The position numbers and the translations under genes are program-made. The notes below the pieces were generated by a model. That model was not told the DNA's origin, searched no databases, and saw only the letters and a list, made by a program, of their open reading frames with translations. A stretch of DNA of 64,000 nucleotides from Polyangiaceae bacterium. GTDB taxonomy: Bacteria; Myxococcota_A; Polyangia; Polyangiales; Polyangiaceae. The stretch spans positions 200,466-264,465 of the forward strand of contig JADJRH010000002.1 of assembly GCA_016712345.1 (NCBI GenBank), given 5' to 3'. Every line of letters starts with the position of its first letter. Position 1 is the first letter of the stretch. This document shows, one piece after another, positions 49,263-57,909 of this stretch.

Positions 49263-51173
49263 ATGGCCACGTCCGGTCCGATGAAGGCGCAACCCACGCG
49301 CCGAAAGATCCATGTTTTGCCGGACGATCTCGCAAATCAGATCGCCGCGGGTGAAGTGGTTGAACGGCCGTCGAGCATCATCAAAGAGCTGGTTGAAAAT
49401 TCGCTCGACGCGGGCGCTCGCAAAGTGCGCGTTGACATAGAGGGCGGTGGGATCTCGCTCGCGCGTGTTGCGGACGACGGCTCGGGCATGGATCGTCGGG
49501 ACGCGGAGCTTTGTTTGTTGCGACACGCCACGAGCAAAATCGAAACGCTCGCCGATCTCGCGGGTGTACAGAGTTTTGGTTTCAGGGGCGAGGCGTTGCC
49601 GAGCATTGCATCGGTTTCGCGCCTCGTGCTGCAAACCAGACGTGAGAGTGATCCCGAAGGCACCGAAGTTCGAGTTGAAGGCGGCGGTGAGCGCGTGACA
49701 TTGCCGTGCGGTGTTTCGGTGGGCACCGTTGTGGAGGTGCGCGATCTGTTTTTCAACGTTCCCGCGCGTCGAAAATTTTTGCGAGCCGCCGCCACTGAAA
49801 GCGCTCACGTCACCGATGTTGTGCAGGCGATGGCGCTTGGCGCACCGGCCACATCGATCGTGCTTTCGCGCGACGGTCGCGTGGCTCGTGAATGGCTTCG
49901 CACCACATCGCGTGAAGAGCGCGCACGCCAAATATTGAGCGGTGAAGAACTCGCGGCGTGTCGCGGCGCCCGCGGTCCGCTCAGTGTTGAAGCCTTCTTG
50001 TCGAGGCCCGAACGAGCACGTTCCGGCGCTGTGGGTCTCACGCTTCTCGTGAACGGTCGCGTTGTGAAAGATCGAAGCCTCGCGCGATCGGTGGCGCTCG
50101 CGTACGGCAGCGTTTTGGAACCGGGGCGCTACCCGATTGGGGTTGTGTACATCGATCTCCCGCCCGAGTTGGTTGACGTGAATGTACACCCGCAAAAAGC
50201 CGAGGTGCGTTTTGCCGATGGGCGCGCCGCGTCCGACGCTGTGTATCGCATCTTGGCCGATGCGCTCACGCATGCTTTTGGACTGCCGATCTCGCGGTTG
50301 CCGGGCGCTCACCACCACAAGCCCAAAACCGCCGAACTGGCACCCTCAGAGTCGTGGTCATGGGAGTCGGGCGCAGCTGTCGGGCCCACTGTCACCCCTC
50401 CGTCGGTTGAAAACAGGCAATATTCAGGTCCGCCGATTGACGCTCCCGAAGTGGCAGACTTGCACTTGGAAAAGAGCGGTTCTTTTGACGGTGGGCCGGA
50501 AGCGCCGATGCGGGTTCAACCGGTGCCGTATCTACCCATTCAGGTGCCTGAGCCGCACCCCATTGAGGTTGTAAACACCGTCGATCAGCGCACTCCATTT
50601 GATGCGCTCAACTACCTGGGTCAACTGCGGGCAACGTTTCTGCTTTGCGAGGGGCCCGACGGCCTCTACATCCTTGACCAACACGCGGCGGCGGAAAGGG
50701 TAACCTACCATCGACTTCGAACGGCCTACAACCAAAAGGCGGTGGCCACTCAGAAGCTGCTTTTCCCGGTGATCGTTGGCGTTTCGGCGCGTGAAGTGGC
50801 CCTTGTTGAAGAAGGCGAAGAAGCTGTCCGAGCCGCCGGATTTGACCTGCGTCCGGCCGGACCTACCCATGTGGCCGTTCATTCAATTCCCCAACTGCTT
50901 GTGCGTGCGTCGCCTGAAAAATTGGTTCGCGACCTTCTCGCCGAAGTGAGCCACGAAGGCCAACGTGCCTTTTCAGGTGCCATTGATTTGGCGCTCGCAA
51001 CAATGGCTTGTCACGGCTCTATTCGGGCGGGAGAGCGGGTGTCTCCCGACGAAGCGAAAGCCCTGTTGAGAGCGCTTGATGAGGTGGATTTTGCGGGTCA
51101 CTGTCCTCACGGAAGGCCCGTTGTTCACCGGGTCAGCTACGGTGAGTTGGAATTGCGTGTTGGGCGCAGGTAG
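49263..51173 (+). CDS. mutL: DNA mismatch repair protein MutL.
   Basis: GHKL ATPase N-terminus (IAAGEVVERPSSIIKELVENSLDAGA, DDGSGM, GFRGEAL) and a C-terminal dimerization domain. The start is the internal Met of track ORF 49155..51173. Confidence 0.9.
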   Translation: MATSGPMKAQPTRRKIHVLPDDLANQIAAGEVVERPSSIIKELVENSLDAGARKVRVDIEGGGISLARVADDGSGMDRRDAELCLLRHATSKIETLADLAGVQSFGFRGEALPSIASVSRLVLQTRRESDPEGTEVRVEGGGERVTLPCGVSVGTVVEVRDLFFNVPARRKFLRAAATESAHVTDVVQAMALGAPATSIVLSRDGRVAREWLRTTSREERARQILSGEELAACRGARGPLSVEAFLSRPERARSGAVGLTLLVNGRVVKDRSLARSVALAYGSVLEPGRYPIGVVYIDLPPELVDVNVHPQKAEVRFADGRAASDAVYRILADALTHAFGLPISRLPGAHHHKPKTAELAPSESWSWESGAAVGPTVTPPSVENRQYSGPPIDAPEVADLHLEKSGSFDGGPEAPMRVQPVPYLPIQVPEPHPIEVVNTVDQRTPFDALNYLGQLRATFLLCEGPDGLYILDQHAAAERVTYHRLRTAYNQKAVATQKLLFPVIVGVSAREVALVEEGEEAVRAAGFDLRPAGPTHVAVHSIPQLLVRASPEKLVRDLLAEVSHEGQRAFSGAIDLALATMACHGSIRAGERVSPDEAKALLRALDEVDFAGHCPHGRPVVHRVSYGELELRVGRR

Positions 51174-51240
51174 AGCTGTCGAGCACATTTGCCAACGTGG
51201 GGAACGAAACGCGCGCCGTTCAGGTTTGTTACGTGCCGTT

Positions 51241-52086
51241 TCAGATTTTTACGTAGTGGATGGGTAGATCGCGAATCCACGTGCGCTGTCGGCGAACAAA
51301 TACCCGCGTTGCGCGCACAATGGTAGGTGCCAATTCGCTCTCGGGGATTTGACCGCGTATGTAACTCAGCACTTCACGGTAGCCCACGGACTGCATGGCT
51401 CTCGTGTTTTCATAACCCAGATCAACAAGGTGTTTCACCTCATCGATCCAGCCTGTTTGAAGCCAATGGGTGGTTCGTTTGGCAATGCGCTCGTCGAGTT
51501 CTGCGTCGGCCCTGTCGGCGGCGATAAAGCGCGCTTTGTACTTTTGCTCCCGAAACCCGTGCTCGCTTTGCAACTCCGTCATTGTTTTGCCCGACACGGC
51601 AAACACTTCTAGAGCGCGACTGACGCGCACAAAATCGTTGGGCGACAAGCGTGCTGCGGCCACGGGGTCGATCAACTGGAGTTGGGCGTGCAACGCTGCG
51701 CGCCCCTGAGACTCGGCAATGAGAGTGTGCTCGGCCCGCACGGCGGGGTTTGCTCCGGGCATGGGGGCGAGCCCCCACACAAGGGCTTTGACCCACAAGA
51801 AAGAACCGCCGCATACAATAGGTATTCTGTTGCGACCGCGAATATCGGAGACCGCCTGTTCTGCCATTTCAGCGTAGCGGCTCGCTTCAAGCTGAACGCT
51901 CGGGTCAACGACACTCAGCAGATGATGAGGCGCGCGGGCGAGTTCTTCGCCGGTTGGTTTTCCTGAGCCGATGTCAAAGTGCGTGTACACCTGCACGCTG
52001 TCGGCATTAACGATTTCTCCACCGAACTTTTGCGCCAACAAGATGGCCAGTTCTGTTTTGCCGCTCGCTGTTGGCCCCACAACCAC
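51241..52086 (-). CDS. miaA: tRNA dimethylallyltransferase MiaA.
   Basis: P-loop GPTASGKT, DSVQVY and HHLLSVVDP are present. GTG start. Confidence 0.85.
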   Translation of the reverse strand: MVVGPTASGKTELAILLAQKFGGEIVNADSVQVYTHFDIGSGKPTGEELARAPHHLLSVVDPSVQLEASRYAEMAEQAVSDIRGRNRIPIVCGGSFLWVKALVWGLAPMPGANPAVRAEHTLIAESQGRAALHAQLQLIDPVAAARLSPNDFVRVSRALEVFAVSGKTMTELQSEHGFREQKYKARFIAADRADAELDERIAKRTTHWLQTGWIDEVKHLVDLGYENTRAMQSVGYREVLSYIRGQIPESELAPTIVRATRVFVRRQRTWIRDLPIHYVKI

Positions 52087-52198
52087 AAGGAGTTCATCGG
52101 GCTCGGGAGGGTCAGCTCATTCCAGAGGATGATTGGCCCGACCTGATTTCGAGGTCGAATCTGACTGCGGGGCGGGGGCATTCAAACCAATCGCTGCT

Positions 52199-54244
52199 TT
52201 AGGGCAAGAGGCCGAGGCTGCGGAAGAATGAATACCCGCTCACAACAAGCGCCCTTGAGTCTTCAAACGTGCCTTGTTGCACCTCAACGGTGAGGCCAAC
52301 TTTGCTGCCGGTGCTGGTTTCAGCCCCGGTGCCGGTGACAAAAATGGGCGTTTTACCCTTGTTTGGAAGAGCTGTGAGAGCACTTGTCAGTTGTTTGAGT
52401 TCTGATGGAGTGCCCGATTCATCCATTTGCTCAAGTGCTTGAATGCTTGTGGCGATGCCGTTTGTAATCATGCCGGCGGAAAAAAATCCACCAAACATCT
52501 GCTTGCCGGTGCGAAGACTTTCAAGGTCGCTCCGACTGGCAAGTTGGTCTTTGTCGGATGCGCCGACCTTTGTTGTTTGAAGGCGTTTCACAAGTTCATC
52601 TTTGGCCGCACCAATGGCAAGCCACGTGTTGTCCCCGTCCAGCATTAAGAATACATATAGTTTTAGCGACATTGTCGCAGGCTTTTTGGTGGCCGCATCA
52701 CCGGGATTGGGAGCTTCCACGTTGGGGATCGTGATCTCCAGCCCTTCACTCCCCGCACCCAGTGCCGCGGGGGCCGGGATTGATTTGACGGTGGGTAGAT
52801 GTTTGGAGTCGCTCCCCAACATTTTCTTGAAACCGGTTTGGATACCGGGCGCTTTGTATGCCTCAATGAAGTCTTTCAGCTGCTTTTTCAGCGCGGCCGG
52901 GCCCTCATCCATTCCAAACAGGTTCCACCCAGCCAAACTTGTAAAGCCGGCTTCAACAAGCTTTTTGCCCTCATCTTTGGAGCCTTTTTGGGGGAAAGAT
53001 GCCGGCAACGTTCCATGCGCCCATACCATGTTTGTGTTTTTGCCGTACGGCGCACTAATCAGATCTGTCAGGCGCTTTCGGTCGGCCGCGTTCACACCCT
53101 CGGCCGCCAATACTCCGTCGAAAAGGCCTCGAAACTGTGCGATCATGTTCGTATACAACGCAGGATCGGCGCCGCGTCCGTACATGGCGCTGTCGGCATC
53201 TTTGGGCGCGCGCCAATAAATGCTCGGCGGCGCGGCGGCGCGATCGAGCCTATCGGTCATGGCCTGCGCAAACCAAGACGTTTTGGTTGCAAACTCAAAC
53301 TCTGTGTTGCTGCGAAGACAAGTTCCACTCCGATTTGTGGTTACCTCAGACACAATGTTTTGAGTGTCGGCAAGAATCTTGGGAATGTCTTCTTGGACGG
53401 ATGTTGCCATGTTGAACAAGGCTTGATCCACACGCGCGTCACCACTGCCCACTTCTGCAACAACAGTGTCGGGCAACACCCGCAACATGTTTTTGAATGT
53501 TTGACCGTACCGTTTTTGGGCGACGTTCATACGCGCTTCCACGTGAATGTCGGGACCGCCCCAGTCTTTCAGCGGTGCGCTGCGCGTTAAATAAGGGCCC
53601 AGCGCGTTGAGCGATTTTGCATTGTGCGAACACACGAGTCGGGCCGGTGACGGACCCACGGCTGTCGAAATCCAACACACAGCCCCACGCGCGTTTTTGA
53701 GTTGCCACGTTCCGGGCGACACTTCTGTCATTTTGCCTTCCGGATCCACGGCGGCGCGCGCTCCGTCGAGGGATGAAAGGCCCGCCGCCACGGCAAACAG
53801 AGGTGGACGCGGTCTCTCTTCAGGGTCGAGCGTTACAATCATGTCAACCGGCGCGTCCACCGCAATGACGCCCGCGAGTTTGCGTGTGTCCACACCGCCC
53901 CCTCGAATGAACTCGCGCAGAACCTCGCTCACCATGAGGCGCGCATTGACCTCGACAAGAACGGGTGCAACACCACCGCACGACGCCAGGTTCGAAACGC
54001 TTTGGAGCGGGTTGCGCCAACGAGCGATGCCGACAACATCGGTGGGATCGGCGATCGGCGCGGCCTCAACGGCTTCGGTTGCGGAGGCCGAAGCTGTCGT
54101 CGGCGGCGCAACTTCTACCGGCGCTGTTTGGACAGTCGGCGTCACAACGGCCGGCCCACATGCTGAAAGACCCGCGAAAAGAACAGAAACCGCGCCGAAT
54201 TGGGCTCTACGCATGATGGGCTTATATTGTGCGATCCAGCTCAT
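52199..54244 (-). CDS. Large hypothetical secreted lipoprotein.
   Basis: Lipobox (LSACG) and an Ala/Pro/Thr linker. No domain recognised. Confidence 0.5.
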   Translation of the reverse strand: MSWIAQYKPIMRRAQFGAVSVLFAGLSACGPAVVTPTVQTAPVEVAPPTTASASATEAVEAAPIADPTDVVGIARWRNPLQSVSNLASCGGVAPVLVEVNARLMVSEVLREFIRGGGVDTRKLAGVIAVDAPVDMIVTLDPEERPRPPLFAVAAGLSSLDGARAAVDPEGKMTEVSPGTWQLKNARGAVCWISTAVGPSPARLVCSHNAKSLNALGPYLTRSAPLKDWGGPDIHVEARMNVAQKRYGQTFKNMLRVLPDTVVAEVGSGDARVDQALFNMATSVQEDIPKILADTQNIVSEVTTNRSGTCLRSNTEFEFATKTSWFAQAMTDRLDRAAAPPSIYWRAPKDADSAMYGRGADPALYTNMIAQFRGLFDGVLAAEGVNAADRKRLTDLISAPYGKNTNMVWAHGTLPASFPQKGSKDEGKKLVEAGFTSLAGWNLFGMDEGPAALKKQLKDFIEAYKAPGIQTGFKKMLGSDSKHLPTVKSIPAPAALGAGSEGLEITIPNVEAPNPGDAATKKPATMSLKLYVFLMLDGDNTWLAIGAAKDELVKRLQTTKVGASDKDQLASRSDLESLRTGKQMFGGFFSAGMITNGIATSIQALEQMDESGTPSELKQLTSALTALPNKGKTPIFVTGTGAETSTGSKVGLTVEVQQGTFEDSRALVVSGYSFFRSLGLLP

Positions 54245-54330
54245 GTCATGCTCAAAGCACGAGACATTAGAGCTACGCTTGGGTCGTCACGCGTCTTTCA
54301 TTTTGTTCCGTTCTGAGGCACGAAAGCACC

Positions 54331-55050
54331 ATGCACACAACCACACGATGGCTTTCGTTCTGCGCTCTGTTTTCCCTTGCGCCGCTGGCCGCGGTGGCGT
54401 GCGGAGACGGTACGCCGGACGCAAACACTCCACCCCAACCAACGGCTGAACCCACGGCGAGTGCGTCGGCCGGTCCCACAGCGGCGCCCACCGCTGTTCC
54501 CACGGCGGAGCCCACGGCCACGCCAACCGCCGAGCCAACAGCGTCCGCAAGTGCGTCGGCACCTGTCGACAAGCCCAAGTCGGGTCGCCCGCCGGTGCTC
54601 CTGGCAGATGCCAAGTCCATCACCGACACATTCGGTTTTTCGCCGGGTGCCAAGCTTGAACTTGGTGACAAAGAAATTGCCACTCTTCGCATTCCCGAAG
54701 GGGCTCTTTCGCAAGCCACTGTTGTCACATTCGCTATCGACACCAAGTGCAAAACCACAGGTGTCGTTACCGGCAAACTCTACAAGATCACACCTACCAT
54801 CCCACCCGCAGCAACTCCCGCGTCGGTTCCTTCAAACAACGGCGCCCCGTACACGCTGATCCTCCCCGGAGTTAAAAAGCGTGATTTGAACCTGGCAATT
54901 GGCACGTACGCCAAAGATGCAAAAGGAAACGAGGCAATTGTTTGGAAGATTCTCGGGCCCGCCAAAGTAGACGAGTCGGGGATTTTTGAATTTCACCTCG
55001 ATACTCTCCCGGACGGTTGTGTACACCTGACAAACAAGCCGCCCACCTGA
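54331..55050 (+). CDS. Hypothetical lipoprotein with an (A/P/T)-rich repeat linker.
   Basis: Lipobox (AAVACG). The linker repeats AEPTA/AAPTA units. Confidence 0.5.
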   Translation: MHTTTRWLSFCALFSLAPLAAVACGDGTPDANTPPQPTAEPTASASAGPTAAPTAVPTAEPTATPTAEPTASASASAPVDKPKSGRPPVLLADAKSITDTFGFSPGAKLELGDKEIATLRIPEGALSQATVVTFAIDTKCKTTGVVTGKLYKITPTIPPAATPASVPSNNGAPYTLILPGVKKRDLNLAIGTYAKDAKGNEAIVWKILGPAKVDESGIFEFHLDTLPDGCVHLTNKPPT

Positions 55051-55145
55051 CCTCCTGGGTCTCGTGGGTAGCTGGCAGCCCCAGAGCGACGGCTGAAGCG
55101 TCACGCCAAGACCTGAAGCGCCTGGATGCCTGTGACGTCTCTTTC

Positions 55146-55318
55146 ACCACGGAATCACGGAGAACACAGAACACACGGAGTTTTTTTGTTTCTTGGGCTG
55201 CAATGGGTACACATCATCCGTGATCCCAACCTGACAGGGGATCGGTCAGGTGGTGCGAGACGATTGCAGCCTAAAATACAAAAAACTCCGTGGATCTCCG
55301 TGATCTCCGTGCCTCTGT
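55146..55318. repeat. Nested palindromic repeat element, copy B (same architecture as 7742-7890).
   Basis: CACGGA(G) x3 / T7 / GGGCTGCAATGG / inner hairpin CCTGAC..GTCAGG / GATTGCAGCC / A-rich / CTCCGTG x3. Confidence 0.7.
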
Positions 55319-55419
55319 GTTGATTACGAAGTATCAGGAATCGAGACGTCACAGGTCATTGTGGGCGAGCTTAGCGCTGCGGAGCGCGTTTCCCGGCCGC
55401 TTTGTGAGATGCTTGGCGC

Positions 55420-56856
55420 ATGCGTTGTTGTTTTACCCCTTTCTCTCGGATGATCGCGGCGGCGGCTTTTGGAACGCTCTTGTTTGGCAGCAATGAGGCG
55501 TCGGCTCAAAAGCTGCTCGGCGCAAATGTACACCAGTCGATCGATGTGGGGCATGACGCAACCGAAGCGGCTTCGCTCGGTTGGGTACGCATTGACCTGA
55601 ATTGGTTTCAATGTGAACCCACTCAGGGAAACTACGATTTCGCTTTGCTTGACCAAGTGGTGGACGCCGCCGTCGCCCGAAATTTAAAGGTGTTGGCGGT
55701 GATTGGATATGGGCCGTCATGGGCCTCGTCCGCCGACCCGATGGGCGACGGTTCGATCAACGATGTTCCCATCGACGGCACGTATCCGGCGTTTGTGACA
55801 GCGGTGGTAAACCACTTTCAGGATCGCGTTTCTCACTACGAGTTGTGGAACGAGCCCAACTTGGAACAATTTTTTGAGGGGTCGATCAGCGACTACACAA
55901 CTCGAATCTTGGTGCCGGGCGCGGCGGCCGTTCATTCGGCGTGCCCTTCATGCAAAGTGGTAGCACCGGGCTTGGCGTCCATTGGTTCAGAATACGATCA
56001 GTGGCTTGATGCGTCCCTCGCGGCTGCCAAAGATCAAATTGATATCGTCAGCGGTCACATTTACGCGGGATTTCCTGTGGATTCTCCAGGTTCAGGGTCC
56101 ACGAGTGACAGCTTCTTTAACAAACTCGACAGCCACCGCATTCTCGAAACGGGGGGCACGGTTGTCTACGAAGGCCCGCTTTCGTTTCGAGAAGTGATGG
56201 ACAAACACGGCGTCAATAAGCCGTTTTGGCTCACCGAAACGGGACGTGAAGCCACGCTTGGCAATGCCGAAGAAGAAGCGGCGCAGACGCTCTATTACCG
56301 GCGTGTGATTGAGGCCATGCTCGTTCGAGATTGGTGGGAGCAAACCATCTTTTATGAGGCATTCGATGAGCCGAACACCGGATATGAGTGGGGCCTTGTG
56401 TTGCACGATCCGGCGGCCCCGAACGGTTACCAAGCCAAACCGGTTGTGGGGTTTTTGAAAAACGCTGTGGCTGTGGTGCCGGGTTTGGGAGGAAAAGGCC
56501 CGGCCTGCAATGACGGGCTCGACGACGACGGCGACGGGTTGAGTGATTACCCGGAAGATCCTGATTGCACGAGCGTGCTCGACCCGGATGAAAGTGGACC
56601 CCTCGGTCGCGGCACAGGGGGCAGCGGGGGTGCAGGCGGCGGCGGTTCAGGAGGAAGCACCGGCGGAGCGGCGGGCGGCGGAAGCGGCGGTTTCGCCGGC
56701 AACCCGGAAAAGCCTGCCGATTGTTCCTGTGGTGTGTACGCAAGCCACAATGAAGACTTCACGTGGATCGGCGGCGTGGGTGTCTTGGCGGCTGCTTTTG
56801 GATCCAGGCTTCGACGAAAGCGTACACAAAAGATGTGTACGCAAAACGGGCGTTAA
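55420..56856 (+). CDS. Clan GH-A (GH5-like) glycoside hydrolase with a C-terminal MYXO-CTERM sorting domain.
   Basis: Signal peptide, acid/base motif YELWNEPN, nucleophile motif FWLTETG, a Gly-rich linker, then CSCGV...WIGGVGVLAAAFGSRLRRKR. Confidence 0.7.
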   Translation: MRCCFTPFSRMIAAAAFGTLLFGSNEASAQKLLGANVHQSIDVGHDATEAASLGWVRIDLNWFQCEPTQGNYDFALLDQVVDAAVARNLKVLAVIGYGPSWASSADPMGDGSINDVPIDGTYPAFVTAVVNHFQDRVSHYELWNEPNLEQFFEGSISDYTTRILVPGAAAVHSACPSCKVVAPGLASIGSEYDQWLDASLAAAKDQIDIVSGHIYAGFPVDSPGSGSTSDSFFNKLDSHRILETGGTVVYEGPLSFREVMDKHGVNKPFWLTETGREATLGNAEEEAAQTLYYRRVIEAMLVRDWWEQTIFYEAFDEPNTGYEWGLVLHDPAAPNGYQAKPVVGFLKNAVAVVPGLGGKGPACNDGLDDDGDGLSDYPEDPDCTSVLDPDESGPLGRGTGGSGGAGGGGSGGSTGGAAGGGSGGFAGNPEKPADCSCGVYASHNEDFTWIGGVGVLAAAFGSRLRRKRTQKMCTQNGR

Positions 56857-56960
56857 CAGTGAAAGCGGTCGCCGGTGTACACGCGGTAAAACAGGTCGGA
56901 GCGCACAGGCAAAACACGTCGTCTCGGACGCGGTAAAACAAGTCGGCGCTGTTGTGTACG
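56820..56960. repeat. Array of ~3.5 degenerate ~40-bp direct repeats (GTGTAC[AG]C...GCGGTAAAACA[AG]GTCGG) spanning the GH5 stop and the 3' intergenic region.
   Basis: Seen in sequence between convergent genes. GCGGTAAAACAGGTCGG and GCGGTAAAACAAGTCGG are 46 nt apart. Confidence 0.55.
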
Positions 56961-56976
56961 CAACGCCCTCGCTCGT

Positions 56977-57831
56977 TCAAATCCCCTTTTGTTTTGCTTC
57001 TTCCCAGTACGAATCGAGTTCTTCCAAACTCAAGCGATCGTCGGTGGAAGATTTGGGCCAACCGCCGTGAACGGTGCGCACGCGCTCTTCCACGTGATCA
57101 AAGCGCTTGGTGAACTTGTCGATGGTGCGGCGGAGCGATCCTTCGGCATCCAGGTGCAAATGCCGAGATAGGTTCACCAGGGCAAAGAGTACATCGCCGA
57201 GTTCAGCCTCCATGCGATCGCGATCGCCCGACTCAATCGCCTGATCCAACTCGGCCATTTCTTCGTTCACTTTGCTGCGTGAGCCGCGCGCATCGGGCCA
57301 ATCAAACCCCACGCGGGCGACCTTCTCACCAATGCGCTGCGCGCGCGTGAGGGCCGGCAGACTTTTGGCGACGCCGCCGAGAACGCCTTTGTCTTCACCG
57401 CCCTGAGCTGCACGTTCCGCAGCTTTGATGCGCTCCCAATTCTGAAGGACTTCTTTGGATCCACCTTCCACGGTGACGTCGGCAAACACGTGCGGATGGC
57501 GGCGAACGAGTTTGTTGCAGATGGCCGCAACCACGTCATCGGGGCCGAACGAACCTTCAGCGCGCGCAAGTTCAGCCTGGAAAACCACCTGAAATAAGAG
57601 ATCTCCCAATTCACCGCACAGCTCTTTGCGGTCGCCGTTTTCGATGGCGTCGATCACTTCGCACGCTTCTTCGAGAACGAAGCGACGCAGCGTTTCAAAG
57701 TTTTGCTCGCGATCCCAAGGGCAGCCGTCGGGCGCGAGCAAACGCTGCATGAGTTCAACAGCGCGGGTGAATGTCTGGCCTTGTTGTTCGGCGAGGGGAG
57801 GGACAACGACGGGATCAAAAGGGCGAGCCAC
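56977..57831 (-). CDS. mazG: Nucleoside triphosphate pyrophosphohydrolase MazG.
   Basis: Tandem MazG EExxE motifs (LEEACEVIDAIE, EMAELDQAIE). Confidence 0.85.
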   Translation of the reverse strand: MARPFDPVVVPPLAEQQGQTFTRAVELMQRLLAPDGCPWDREQNFETLRRFVLEEACEVIDAIENGDRKELCGELGDLLFQVVFQAELARAEGSFGPDDVVAAICNKLVRRHPHVFADVTVEGGSKEVLQNWERIKAAERAAQGGEDKGVLGGVAKSLPALTRAQRIGEKVARVGFDWPDARGSRSKVNEEMAELDQAIESGDRDRMEAELGDVLFALVNLSRHLHLDAEGSLRRTIDKFTKRFDHVEERVRTVHGGWPKSSTDDRLSLEELDSYWEEAKQKGI

Positions 57832-57909
57832 GCGCGGGGCATGCCCTTAATTTTTCAACAACGCAAACGCGAAATTGGAGGGCTGTTGAGTACACAAAGC
57901 GCAAATCGC

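Noticed and set aside
49182-50318. 378-aa ORF antisense to mutL, plus other long antisense or alternate-frame ORFs (6045..6509, 12690..13562, 35234..36034, 35383..36084, 36220..37128, 38141..38815, 38992..39636, 46466..47293, 48052..48699, 52799..53590, 53607..54449, 62768..63625).
   Set aside because: They overlap genes with unambiguous homology (mutL, sigma factor, aspS, kinase, etc.). Their products are Arg/Ala/Pro-rich with no motifs, which is typical of stop-codon paucity in GC-rich DNA.
56543-57070. ORF 56543..57070(+) that translates the direct-repeat array as protein.
   Set aside because: It overlaps the GH5 C-terminus and the mazG 3' end in another frame. The repetitiveness comes from DNA repeats, not from a coding constraint.
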